A DNA stretch of 64,000 nucleotides from a virus, in IMG/VR virus record IMGVR_UViG_3300007523_000008, positions 9,166-73,165 of that record; one strand, given 5' to 3'. This document shows, one piece after another, positions 49,696-58,007 of the stretch (positions are counted from its first letter, which is position 1; every line of letters starts with the position of its first letter). The position numbers and the translations under genes were made by a program. The notes beneath the pieces were generated by a model. The model was given only the letters and a program-made list of their open reading frames with translations. It was not told the DNA's origin and did not search any database.

Positions 49696-51211
49696 CGGCG
49701 CCGACGGTAAATACTCTCTTACTCATAATTCTTGGAAGCGTATCTCGTAACTCTTCAAGCTTTTCTCTGAGGTCTACAAGCGCGTCTATTTGGGCTGTAA
49801 TCATGTCGGCTGATGTTTCAGCTGTTGTTCCTGTGTTTCCAGCCTCCGATATATGAGTATGGCTTCTCAAGGATTGTGCAAGTGCAATCTGCATATCAAT
49901 TCCCGTTATCATGAAATTGCACATTGCGAACAACCACAAGGATGTTGTCCTACCCAATAATATCGGTTCATTTTCTTCGTTAAATTCTCCCAAGAATAAC
50001 TTTGGAGCGTTCAAGGACATAACCATATTAGAGGTCAATATTAACTCCTTCAAAGCATCAACTGTATATCTGTCTTCCGTGGTAGAAACCATTTGTTTTT
50101 TTGAGTCAACCGTAAATTCGTCGTCGGTCACTATAGCAAATCTTTTCTTAGAATAGTGGAAAGATTCACCAGCCTTAGAAGAGAAAATTAGTCTGTCGCT
50201 GTTTATTACAATTTGGTCGCCGGATAATTCTGGGGTTTTATAGTCAGTCTTCTTTTTTGGTAAAAATATAGACTGTTCATTTTCTTTTCCCTTTTGAAAT
50301 AAATTCATTTCAATCGTTGGAAAAAATTTTGTTATAGTTTTTCCCGACGTAAATTGTATAGACGATCCATCTTTATTTATATCTTCGAGAGTATAGCCCT
50401 TATTAAATTTTCCCGGATTTCCATCCATACTCTCCACAGCAGGTTGCCTATTTCGGATAAATATCATTGGATTTCCACCACCATCGTAATAATCATTTAA
50501 TCCGGAATCATTCTCTCTGATATCATCGTAGGCGCCGAATCGAATTGAAGATCCAAACCGCGATTCTATAACCGTGTCGCCTTCAAATCTTCTTATCGCG
50601 CGAATTCTGTGGTTGTATTTAAAATACCTGCCCAATGCTCCCATATTAACATCCTCAACCTTATTGGCCGCTAACTCAGATGTTGGTCCTTCGAATTTTT
50701 TATCTGAATTTTCCTCGGTATTCCCTATGGTTAATCCATACACTCTTTCAATGTTTATATCCGCATTGGCGTTTAACATTGAGTTAATGTTTATCTTACG
50801 GGTATAGTAATATGCATCAAGATATTTTACAACAGCTACAACTTCATTAACCAGTGGAAATTCAGTTAAACCTGTGTTTTCTAATGGATACGCCCAACCA
50901 AGCAACTCTTTGTCGGCGCCGGTCTGACTGTACAACATTCGTACTTTAACTCGACCTATCCAAGAGAAATCTGGGTCAGTGAACTCCGGAGAAGAACCAT
51001 CAGCGTTGGGTGGATAAGTGTCAACATCCAACGTTTTCCCTTTGAAGCTCGGATGGGATTCGTCAAGGATTACATCAAGAACTACAGCGGGCTCAAATTC
51101 GTAGAATAAAGAAAGCTCAGGCTTTCTATCCATTCCAGCACGACGTGACATAAGATAGTCATCTTGTTTAGCCACACTCTCATTTCGTCGTTGTATCTTT
51201 ACGTAAGACAT
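49667..51211 (-). CDS. Baseplate hub/central spike-like protein (gp5/gpV-like)
   Basis: N-terminal OB-like GRVKVR..WAYP...P...EVV, EGD.VIE.RFG.SIRF, beta-helix-like QIVINSDRLIF, and C-terminal HTH (His-x-His) motif. Confidence 0.65.
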   Translation of the reverse strand: MSYVKIQRRNESVAKQDDYLMSRRAGMDRKPELSLFYEFEPAVVLDVILDESHPSFKGKTLDVDTYPPNADGSSPEFTDPDFSWIGRVKVRMLYSQTGADKELLGWAYPLENTGLTEFPLVNEVVAVVKYLDAYYYTRKININSMLNANADINIERVYGLTIGNTEENSDKKFEGPTSELAANKVEDVNMGALGRYFKYNHRIRAIRRFEGDTVIESRFGSSIRFGAYDDIRENDSGLNDYYDGGGNPMIFIRNRQPAVESMDGNPGKFNKGYTLEDINKDGSSIQFTSGKTITKFFPTIEMNLFQKGKENEQSIFLPKKKTDYKTPELSGDQIVINSDRLIFSSKAGESFHYSKKRFAIVTDDEFTVDSKKQMVSTTEDRYTVDALKELILTSNMVMSLNAPKLFLGEFNEENEPILLGRTTSLWLFAMCNFMITGIDMQIALAQSLRSHTHISEAGNTGTTAETSADMITAQIDALVDLREKLEELRDTLPRIMSKRVFTVGAGGAPGKDGK

Positions 51212-51633
51212 TAGGCAGAATCCTTTTTAATCTTTTCTTTAATATCTTTTATTTTAGTAGAGTGGTCAGGAACTTTCGACTCCATCTCCTTGACAGCTTC
51301 CTCAACAGATTCCATCAATTGTTTTTTCTCATCCTCAGTTAGCGTAAGACCGCCAGCGGAATCCTCGCCCGCAGCCTTTCCACTGATGATACGTTGTATA
51401 ATGGCGGCTAACTTTACCAGTTGGTCGTCATTTTTTATACTGACGTCGTAATAATCTTTCAACAGTGGAATGACCATAACAGCCTCTGGAATGGTTTTAA
51501 TCATTCCACGAAGGTCTGATATTAGGATATCGACCTGATTACGCTTGTCTTCGGAATTCGTCACAATATCCTTACACAACGATGCGAAGGACTTGCCTTT
51601 ATACAATTCAAAATCTACACTTTCTTTACTCAT
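51211..51633 (-). CDS. Hypothetical helical protein
   Basis: 140 aa (P.LK.Y.DV..KND.QL.KLA.I.QR). Confidence 0.55.
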   Translation of the reverse strand: MSKESVDFELYKGKSFASLCKDIVTNSEDKRNQVDILISDLRGMIKTIPEAVMVIPLLKDYYDVSIKNDDQLVKLAAIIQRIISGKAAGEDSAGGLTLTEDEKKQLMESVEEAVKEMESKVPDHSTKIKDIKEKIKKDSA

Positions 51634-51662
51634 ATGTATAATTATTAGTCAGGCCGACTAAT

Positions 51663-52574
51663 TTATGAGTCCATTTTAATCGATCCGGTGGTCAAATACT
51701 CTTCTAGGATGAGTGCCTGAGCATCCTTCATGCGATTTATGACCTTGGTAATATGTTGAGTTTGACAGTCGGCGATTTCTCTGATGTAAAGATATAATGC
51801 TTTTTTATTGAATACATCAATACGCTCCGCGTTTCTAAAAATTTCAATTACACCATTGGCTATCTGTAAATCTCTTTCCTTATTGAAATATTTTCCTACA
51901 TTTTTATCCCAAAATTTTACCATTAGTTTTATGAACTCCCGCGTTTCATTCTCACGTTTCTGGTGTTCTGGTTCAACTAAGAATTCACCAATCTCTCCGG
52001 GTTGTTCACTGATGGTGGTGTGTTTCTTAAAGCGTCGGTAGTTATTGTTGTTCTCCAAAATGAACCAATGTTTGGCTACAATTGAAAAATAACTGAAGGC
52101 CTTACCTTTTTCGCGTTCATACTTCTCCATATTAGCCACCATATGAGAGACAGCTTCTTCTTGAACCTTCAATGGGCTAACTTCATTGTAGCTGAATTTG
52201 AAAGTATTGAATATGTTTTCAGCAATTTTTTCGAAAGCATATCGTATACGTTCATTGTAAATTGTATTTTTCTCACGAGCATCGTGAGTTTGATTGTATT
52301 CTACAATTGCATTTTCTGTCTCTTTGGTAAAATACATAATTGCACCAGTTCCTCTTTTTACTCTAGCGGTCTTTTCGGCTGGTCTTGTCTCTACGAGAGC
52401 TGATCTCGCTACAACGATTGGTTTAGATTTTACAACGATTGGTTTAGATTTTACAACCTTAACACTCTTTTCAACTTTTTTTGGTTTTTTTAGTTTTTTT
52501 GTCAATACCTTAGTGAGAGGCCTTTTTACTTTGTTTTTCTTTTTCGTCCTCTTTGGGGCAAGTGTTTTTGGCAT
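51663..52574 (-). CDS. gp55: Late-transcription sigma factor, T4 gp55-like, with Lys-rich N-terminal extension
   Basis: YF......AI..YN, KIAENI...FKF, Y....GKAFSYFS..A...FI pattern of gp55-family sigma region 2. Confidence 0.7.
   Translation of the reverse strand: MPKTLAPKRTKKKNKVKRPLTKVLTKKLKKPKKVEKSVKVVKSKPIVVKSKPIVVARSALVETRPAEKTARVKRGTGAIMYFTKETENAIVEYNQTHDAREKNTIYNERIRYAFEKIAENIFNTFKFSYNEVSPLKVQEEAVSHMVANMEKYEREKGKAFSYFSIVAKHWFILENNNNYRRFKKHTTISEQPGEIGEFLVEPEHQKRENETREFIKLMVKFWDKNVGKYFNKERDLQIANGVIEIFRNAERIDVFNKKALYLYIREIADCQTQHITKVINRMKDAQALILEEYLTTGSIKMDS
52410..52457. repeat. 21-bp tandem duplication (VVKSKPI x2) in the sigma N-terminal extension
   Basis: tacaacgattggtttagattt repeated twice plus a partial third copy. 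Confidence 0.85.
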
Positions 52575-52576
52575 AA

Positions 52577-52828
52577 TTATTTTACCTTCTGGTTAAACTC
52601 ATCGGATATTCTTAAAAGTTCTGAAAATACAAATCCTACATCATCGTCTTTTTCGAAGATGTTTCTTTCGTCGACCTGTTTTAATCTTACATAGGTATTC
52701 TGAATCTCGTCACCGAAGTGTTGAACCCACTCCTCATACACTTCCAATTTACGTGTCTGATTAATGACTAGGTAAGTTAAAACTGCCACCGCCATCACTA
52801 AAATTCCAATTATAATATACTCAATCAT
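52577..52828 (-). CDS. Small membrane-anchored protein
   Basis: N-terminal hydrophobic helix; contains FEKDDDVGFVF. Confidence 0.6.
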   Translation of the reverse strand: MIEYIIIGILVMAVAVLTYLVINQTRKLEVYEEWVQHFGDEIQNTYVRLKQVDERNIFEKDDDVGFVFSELLRISDEFNQKVK

Positions 52829-53015
52829 TGTCGTCCTCCGTTGTTTCTTCGTCTCTGGATGAGACGTAATCTAATTTTTCATCTATATCAAGCTCTTCAT
52901 TTATAATCTCAACAACACTAATTACCTCAGACCATTCCTTGTGCTTGATTGCGTATTTCAACACGTCTTTGATTTCAACCAAAAATTCTTCAGCGTTTGT
53001 CATAGTAGTTTCCAC
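52821..53015 (-). CDS. Small acidic hypothetical protein
   Basis: 64-aa ORF overlapping both neighbours. Confidence 0.5.
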   Translation of the reverse strand: METTMTNAEEFLVEIKDVLKYAIKHKEWSEVISVVEIINEELDIDEKLDYVSSRDEETTEDDND

Positions 53016-53647
53016 CCTTCTTTCTCTATAAATTCTAAAGCGTGTTTATACTTTAAATACTTCGTATCTTCCCCGCGTCCAATCATGACCTTATCGTTTC
53101 TGCCGTACTTGGTGCCGGCTTTCTTTGGTGGAAGAATCACGCGAATTCCATCATCAATCATAAGCCGTCCACACAAATGATCTATTTCATGCTGAACACA
53201 TACTGTCTCAAGCAGGCCAACATCGGACCCGACCGACTCATTCGTTACGGGAGAAATGTCCGCTGCAAATGGAATTGGATTCGCGTGATTCAACGTGTTG
53301 ACGACTACCTTTGTCGATCTCATCGTTGAGGATCTTTTTCCCGGAAGACTTAGACACCCCTCTGTGTATATTACTTTCTCCGGGCCCCGCTCAACCACGG
53401 ATGGGTTTATTAGAATGATTGGCGGCTCATCCTTTTTAGCTCTAATAATTGAAACGCTCTTAGGAATACCAATTTGATTAGCGGACAGTCCGATTCCAAA
53501 TTTTATTTCACCGAGGGCTTCAATCAGTTTATTTGCGATTTCCATTCCCTCTTCAACAGTTTGAACTGGAGTTGTCGGGCGGTGTAAATGGTCTTTGTTC
53601 GTGACAATTTTGTATTTCATATTGATTGCTCTCTTAGATATATACAC
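53000..53647 (-). CDS. def: Peptide deformylase (likely start ATG at 53620)
   Basis: GIGLSANQIG, EGCLS, QHEIDHL.G motifs. Confidence 0.93.
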   Translation of the reverse strand: MYISKRAINMKYKIVTNKDHLHRPTTPVQTVEEGMEIANKLIEALGEIKFGIGLSANQIGIPKSVSIIRAKKDEPPIILINPSVVERGPEKVIYTEGCLSLPGKRSSTMRSTKVVVNTLNHANPIPFAADISPVTNESVGSDVGLLETVCVQHEIDHLCGRLMIDDGIRVILPPKKAGTKYGRNDKVMIGRGEDTKYLKYKHALEFIEKEGWKLL

Positions 53648-53867
53648 TTAGAAAACTTTTTGTCAATATATAAGAACTATTATCTCGTTGGGGCGTGGAA
53701 TATTTCGTGGTCGCGCAACCCGTGATTATCTTTTGCAAGTTGTCTTTGAGGTGGTGGATTTGAAATAATACTCACGTCTATTGGTATATCGATTGGAGAT
53801 GATTCGTTCGTTGGAGCCGCCGGTTCCACCGACAATTTCAGGGGAGCTATCTCCACCACCTCACTCT

Positions 53868-54734
53868 TTACTTTTTTTTTTCTTCTTCAAGTGAGGTTTC
53901 ACTTGGAACTATAACTGTTTCATCTTTTATAGATGGTTCTTTATAGATTGCAACGTTGTAGGCGATAATTAAACAGATTGCTAGAGGGTCAAATACCAAA
54001 ATAATTCCCAAGATAAAATACTTTACCGTTGTCGTTAAATCTAATCCGAGGGCGTCGGCTACAAACTTGAATGTAATGACGTCTTTTGTTTTTATCATTT
54101 CTAACTTTGCGTCGGAAACCTTCTTATCAAATTCAAACGAATTAGTCAAAATCCCAGCATAACGAGTTTTTTCATTAGTAATTTCTCTTTCGGTTTGGGA
54201 AATGAGGTCGGTGTTTTGCTGCTGTAACTGACGTAATTGTGTTGGATTCCTCAAAAGAGTCTGATTATTTAAGGTATCGTTGTAACGTTGTTCTTGGTCA
54301 CGTCTATTCTTTAGCAAATCATCAATTCTTTCTTTTGAGATATTAATCTGGCCTTGTAACTGAGATTTCTGCTCAACCATTACTTCAATCCGCTGTTGAT
54401 TTATTTCATATTGCAGTGCAGAACTCTGATAAGCGGAGCTCAACCAACCAAAAATACCCAAGGATGTTATAGCCATTAATGCTATAATAGCAATTGCTAA
54501 ATAAACCTTTAAGAATTTTTTAGTCTTATTCCAATAACGGTAGAGAAACGTTGTAGCAGTTAATTTACCAAATTCAAGAGACATCGCCATTAAGATGGCT
54601 GAAATTGTTGCTCCGGAGAACAACATCCCAATACCAGCGACGGAGAAGAAGGCGGCACATCCTGCAACAAATATTGCAGAAAAACCTAAAATGAGGGGAA
54701 AGAATTTTTCGTTATTAAAATGGAATTTCATCAT
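53868..54734 (-). CDS. Membrane protein with 3 TM helices, coiled coil and a fourth TM helix; possible -1 frameshift extension to 53680
   Basis: AAFFSV.G, LEFGK, ITSLGIFG.LS.AY, IILVFDPLAI; ends GAA AAA AAA AAG TAA. Confidence 0.75.
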   Translation of the reverse strand: MMKFHFNNEKFFPLILGFSAIFVAGCAAFFSVAGIGMLFSGATISAILMAMSLEFGKLTATTFLYRYWNKTKKFLKVYLAIAIIALMAITSLGIFGWLSSAYQSSALQYEINQQRIEVMVEQKSQLQGQINISKERIDDLLKNRRDQEQRYNDTLNNQTLLRNPTQLRQLQQQNTDLISQTEREITNEKTRYAGILTNSFEFDKKVSDAKLEMIKTKDVITFKFVADALGLDLTTTVKYFILGIILVFDPLAICLIIAYNVAIYKEPSIKDETVIVPSETSLEEEKKK

Positions 54735-56016
54735 GAATTACTCTTAAATATTCTTCTGGTGGAGTTTTTGGGTTCCGTATATACATATTTTTTATAATAT
54801 TTAGGTATTTCTTGAAATCTGGACCCGGTTCTAGTCCCATACGTATCAAATCTTCACCGTTGACTGGTATAGGATTCTGTCCCATTTCGTCGCTTATGGC
54901 GTTGTAGCGCTTGTTGATATCGTTGACATTGAACGATGGGACATATACTGAAGCATAATCAAAGAGATAGGTGATGTAGTCTGGTATCTCCATACGATAC
55001 GTTCTTAAATCGTCATCTGTTAGATTGTTCGCCTTTTTTAAAAATTCGGAAAGCCGGGTGACGGACATGACCACACTTTTTATTATATCCGCGCTATATC
55101 TTAGATTCGACATTTCCGATTGAATCCGTGAAGGGGGAATGTTCTTTAGTGTGGCAATTAAACGAAGGGTCAAATCCTTTTTCAACGTAATCTCATCCTT
55201 CATATGAGTCAAATCAACTCCATCTAAAGATGGAAATACATATTTCATCAGTCCTAAGATTTGGAGTATGCGAAATGCTTTGAATGGATAATCTGTCAAT
55301 AACATCTTATTAGTCTCATCATGAATACGCTCCTTGGAAATATTTGTGAGTTGAGCAGCATTCCTTTTTATTGAACGTAGCATAAACATTGGAAGCTTCC
55401 AATTGTACTTTGCTGTAAATCGAGCAGCTCTTAAAATACGAAGAGGGTCGTCGCTGAAAATAACATCGGGGTCTAATGGCGTACGAACGATGCCAGCCTT
55501 GATGTCATCTTTACCCATACCGGTAAGGTCCAATGTCTCCCCGGTCGTTAAATCGTGAAGTAGGCTATTCACAGTAAAATCTCTGCGATGCACATCATCC
55601 TCAAGCTCGCCGCCTGATACCTGTGGTTTTCTATTTCCCGGAGTGTATTTTTCTTTTCGTGGGGCGACGGCCTCAACGTCAATCTCACTTAAATCGTGTC
55701 CCTTGAAAGTAACACCTTTGAAAGTAAATTTAGCTGTTCCGTAGGTTGGATAAACAACCGGATTGCTCCCCTCTTTATGATTACCAATTTCTTTGGTAGC
55801 CCAGTTAGCAAAATCGATACCAGCGTTAACGTCACCCTTCACTACAACGTCCAAATCTTTTGGGGTCATTCCCAACTGCATATCTCTAGGACTACCACCT
55901 GCTAAAAAAACTTTATTTTTAAATGGGCCAGACTTAACTAACTTAGAGAGATATTCCAAGGCGGCTGATTCCTTGTTGATTTCTAATAATATTGTTTTTA
56001 GATTCATTTGACCCAT
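54715..56016 (-). CDS. cca: Class II tRNA nucleotidyltransferase (CCA-adding type, no HD domain)
   Basis: AGGSPRD, DLDVV, R.E.Y....R.P.V flexible loop, RRDFTVN, DDPLRILRAARF, ISKERI..E, G.DL...G..PGP. Lacks the poly(A) polymerase G[RK]RF signature. Confidence 0.85.
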   Translation of the reverse strand: MGQMNLKTILLEINKESAALEYLSKLVKSGPFKNKVFLAGGSPRDMQLGMTPKDLDVVVKGDVNAGIDFANWATKEIGNHKEGSNPVVYPTYGTAKFTFKGVTFKGHDLSEIDVEAVAPRKEKYTPGNRKPQVSGGELEDDVHRRDFTVNSLLHDLTTGETLDLTGMGKDDIKAGIVRTPLDPDVIFSDDPLRILRAARFTAKYNWKLPMFMLRSIKRNAAQLTNISKERIHDETNKMLLTDYPFKAFRILQILGLMKYVFPSLDGVDLTHMKDEITLKKDLTLRLIATLKNIPPSRIQSEMSNLRYSADIIKSVVMSVTRLSEFLKKANNLTDDDLRTYRMEIPDYITYLFDYASVYVPSFNVNDINKRYNAISDEMGQNPIPVNGEDLIRMGLEPGPDFKKYLNIIKNMYIRNPKTPPEEYLRVIHDEIPF

Positions 56017-56021
56017 AATTG

Positions 56022-56029
56022 TATAAATA
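56022..56029 (-). promoter_or_regulatory. Recurrent late-promoter-like motif TATTTATA (representative copy; others at 3851, 6983, 10511, 13392, 18631, 27078, 32618, 35800, 45989, 48809)
   Basis: The same motif occurs on the coding strand 3-90 nt upstream of start codons of head, tail and baseplate genes. Confidence 0.65.
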
Positions 56030-56042
56030 TTGGAGAGATGGC

Positions 56043-56073
56043 AAAAAACAACCCCAAACTTTCGTCGGGGTTG
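56043..56073 (-). terminator. Rho-independent terminator after the HD gene
   Basis: Minus strand CAACCCCGA-CGAAAGT-TTGGGGTTG followed by T6. Confidence 0.7.
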
Positions 56074-56151
56074 AGTTTAGGGGTGGTCAAGGACTACCCT
56101 CCACCAGCTCATTGCTCATTTAAGAGGTCGAGCGACCTGTCAATTTCTTAA

Positions 56152-56835
56152 TTATTTCTTCCGTTTCCATTGGTCGTATTCTGCGTGACATGAAAGAAAA
56201 TCGCCGGCGTGGATGACGTATGGAAGATTTGTTCTGAGACATTGGTCTGGATTATAGGTTTTCAAATAGAATTGAGCGGACTCATCATACATTCCGTCAG
56301 ACAATTTGATTGCCAGAGTTTCTTTCCAAGTGACGACGATTTGTTGTGACTGTAAAACGTATAGAGCATTGTCTGTAACATTCCAAAATTGGGTCTTTGG
56401 ATTATGTTTAAATACTTGACCACGCTTAGCTTGCCAGGCTTCCGTCTCCGGAACATAATATTCTCCATTCTCATTACCAAGCTTACCGAGGTCGTGGTGA
56501 AGAGCGGCGAAAATTCTTTCCTCCTCGGTGTAATCGACTGTTCCACCCATTAGTTCGAACAACTTGCCGGCTCCCATACTCGCCTTCTCAACATTAGCAA
56601 TGTGTTGAATGTAACCACCAGTGTGAGCGTAATGGAAATGAACCTTGCCAGCGGCCGGAGCGGTGGCGAGTCTGATTCCAAACTTATCCTCTGAATAGAG
56701 GTCAAGGAGCTTTTCAAGCCTACCATCGTGAGCGCTGTCGGCGAATGATTCTTTTACAAATTCAATAAAAGTTTCGTAGTTTTCTGTGACTTGTTCTTCT
56801 GACAAATCTGGATTCATGTGTAGTTTCATTGACAT
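56152..56835 (-). CDS. HD-domain phosphohydrolase (YhaM-like)
   Basis: APA...H.A..GG...H, ALHHDLGKLG, DGMYD, IH.GD. Confidence 0.8.
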   Translation of the reverse strand: MSMKLHMNPDLSEEQVTENYETFIEFVKESFADSAHDGRLEKLLDLYSEDKFGIRLATAPAAGKVHFHYAHTGGYIQHIANVEKASMGAGKLFELMGGTVDYTEEERIFAALHHDLGKLGNENGEYYVPETEAWQAKRGQVFKHNPKTQFWNVTDNALYVLQSQQIVVTWKETLAIKLSDGMYDESAQFYLKTYNPDQCLRTNLPYVIHAGDFLSCHAEYDQWKRKK

Positions 56836-56870
56836 AGTATTTATAATTTAGTTGTTGAATTGATTTCAAC

Positions 56871-56899
56871 ATACTACGAAAGTACTACCCCAAAGTCAA
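56871..56899 (-). promoter_or_regulatory. Sigma70-like promoter TTGACT-N17-TAGTAT upstream of the HD gene
   Basis: Read directly on the minus strand. Confidence 0.55.
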
Positions 56900-56900
56900 C

Positions 56901-58007
56901 TTATAATAACTTTTCGACGCACTCGAGGGCGCTTCTTATCACCTGATGCATGTCATAATATTTATACTCAGCCAATCTTCCACCAAAAATAACATTTGGT
57001 AGTTGGTCCGCTTCCAATCTATACTTTTTATAAATAGATGTGTTGTGCGTGTCATTCACCGGATACATCGGTTCTACTTGACCGGGGACATACTCAACCG
57101 GCGTCTCAGTGCTGAGCCAAGTTACCGGAGAGTTAGACTTTTCAAAATACTTATGTTCAATCGTTCGGGTGTGGGGAGTTTCTGAGTCGGTGTAGTTTAT
57201 CACGGCGACACCTTGTGCATTTGGTGTTTCAATTCTTCGGTGAACAATTTCAACGGATTTGTATTCCAACTTTCCGTGTTTATAATTAAACCATCGGTCG
57301 ATTGGGCCGGTGTAAATTACTTTGTCGTGTGGTGGTAATTCATTTTCAAAAAAATCAAAGTTCAATCGAACATCAATTCCGATAAGAAGTTTTTCAAAAA
57401 TTTTCGTATATCCGTCCACTGGAATCCCTTGATACGTGTCGTTGAAATAGTTGTTATCAAATGTAAATCGTACGGGAAGTCTCTTGATTATTTCCTTTGG
57501 AAGCTCCACCGCTGGTTTTCTCCACTGTTTTTCCGTATACCCCTTTATCAGTTTTTCATAAATGTCTTTTCCAACAAGCGCCAATGCTTGTTCTTCAAGG
57601 TTGGTCGGTTCTCCCACGAAAGACGATTGCTCGAGAATTTTCTTCCGAGCTTCCGCCTCAGTTGTGACACCCCACATCTGATGGAATGTCCACATGTTAA
57701 ATGGTAAAGAATACAGCTCACCCTTATAGTTTGCCATGGGCGAATAGATAAAATTATTGAACTTGGTAAATCTGTTTATCCATTCCCAAACTTTTTCATC
57801 GGATGTGTGAAAAATGTGAGGCCCGTAGGAATGGATATTTATACCATCCTTCTTTTGAGTGTGGCAGTTTCCTCCAATGTGACTGCGGGAATCTACTACT
57901 AAAACTCGTTTGCCAGATTGGCGAAGTTCGTGAGCACATATTGCTCCAAAGAATCCTGCTCCCACTATGATGTAGTCATATGTTTTATTTTGCATGAATA
58001 AATCCAT
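56901..58007 (-). CDS. glf: UDP-galactopyranose mutase
   Basis: IVGAGFFG, R.HIGGNC, YGPHIFHT, GYTEKQW, RLPVR...DN.YF.D.YQGIP..GY, GRLAEYKYYDMHQ. Confidence 0.95.
   Translation of the reverse strand: MDLFMQNKTYDYIIVGAGFFGAICAHELRQSGKRVLVVDSRSHIGGNCHTQKKDGINIHSYGPHIFHTSDEKVWEWINRFTKFNNFIYSPMANYKGELYSLPFNMWTFHQMWGVTTEAEARKKILEQSSFVGEPTNLEEQALALVGKDIYEKLIKGYTEKQWRKPAVELPKEIIKRLPVRFTFDNNYFNDTYQGIPVDGYTKIFEKLLIGIDVRLNFDFFENELPPHDKVIYTGPIDRWFNYKHGKLEYKSVEIVHRRIETPNAQGVAVINYTDSETPHTRTIEHKYFEKSNSPVTWLSTETPVEYVPGQVEPMYPVNDTHNTSIYKKYRLEADQLPNVIFGGRLAEYKYYDMHQVIRSALECVEKLL

Noticed and set aside
49850-49865. Link between the spike His-x-His motif and FeoA (iron 'Trojan horse')
   Set aside because: HxH iron-binding tips are ordinary in contractile-tail spikes, and nothing in the sequence connects the two genes.
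53638-53666. Sigma70 promoter upstream of def
   Set aside because: TTGACA is perfect but the -10 at 17-bp spacing (ATATAT) is poor. Plausible but not listed as a feature.
54715-56016. Poly(A) polymerase (pcnB) call
   Set aside because: It lacks the PAP-specific G[RK]RF signature and has the CCA-type R.E.Y...R.P.V loop.
56079-56106. Complete tRNA gene
   Set aside because: Only one hairpin plus CCACCA is present, with no D, anticodon or TTC arm. It is kept only as an unclassified structured element.
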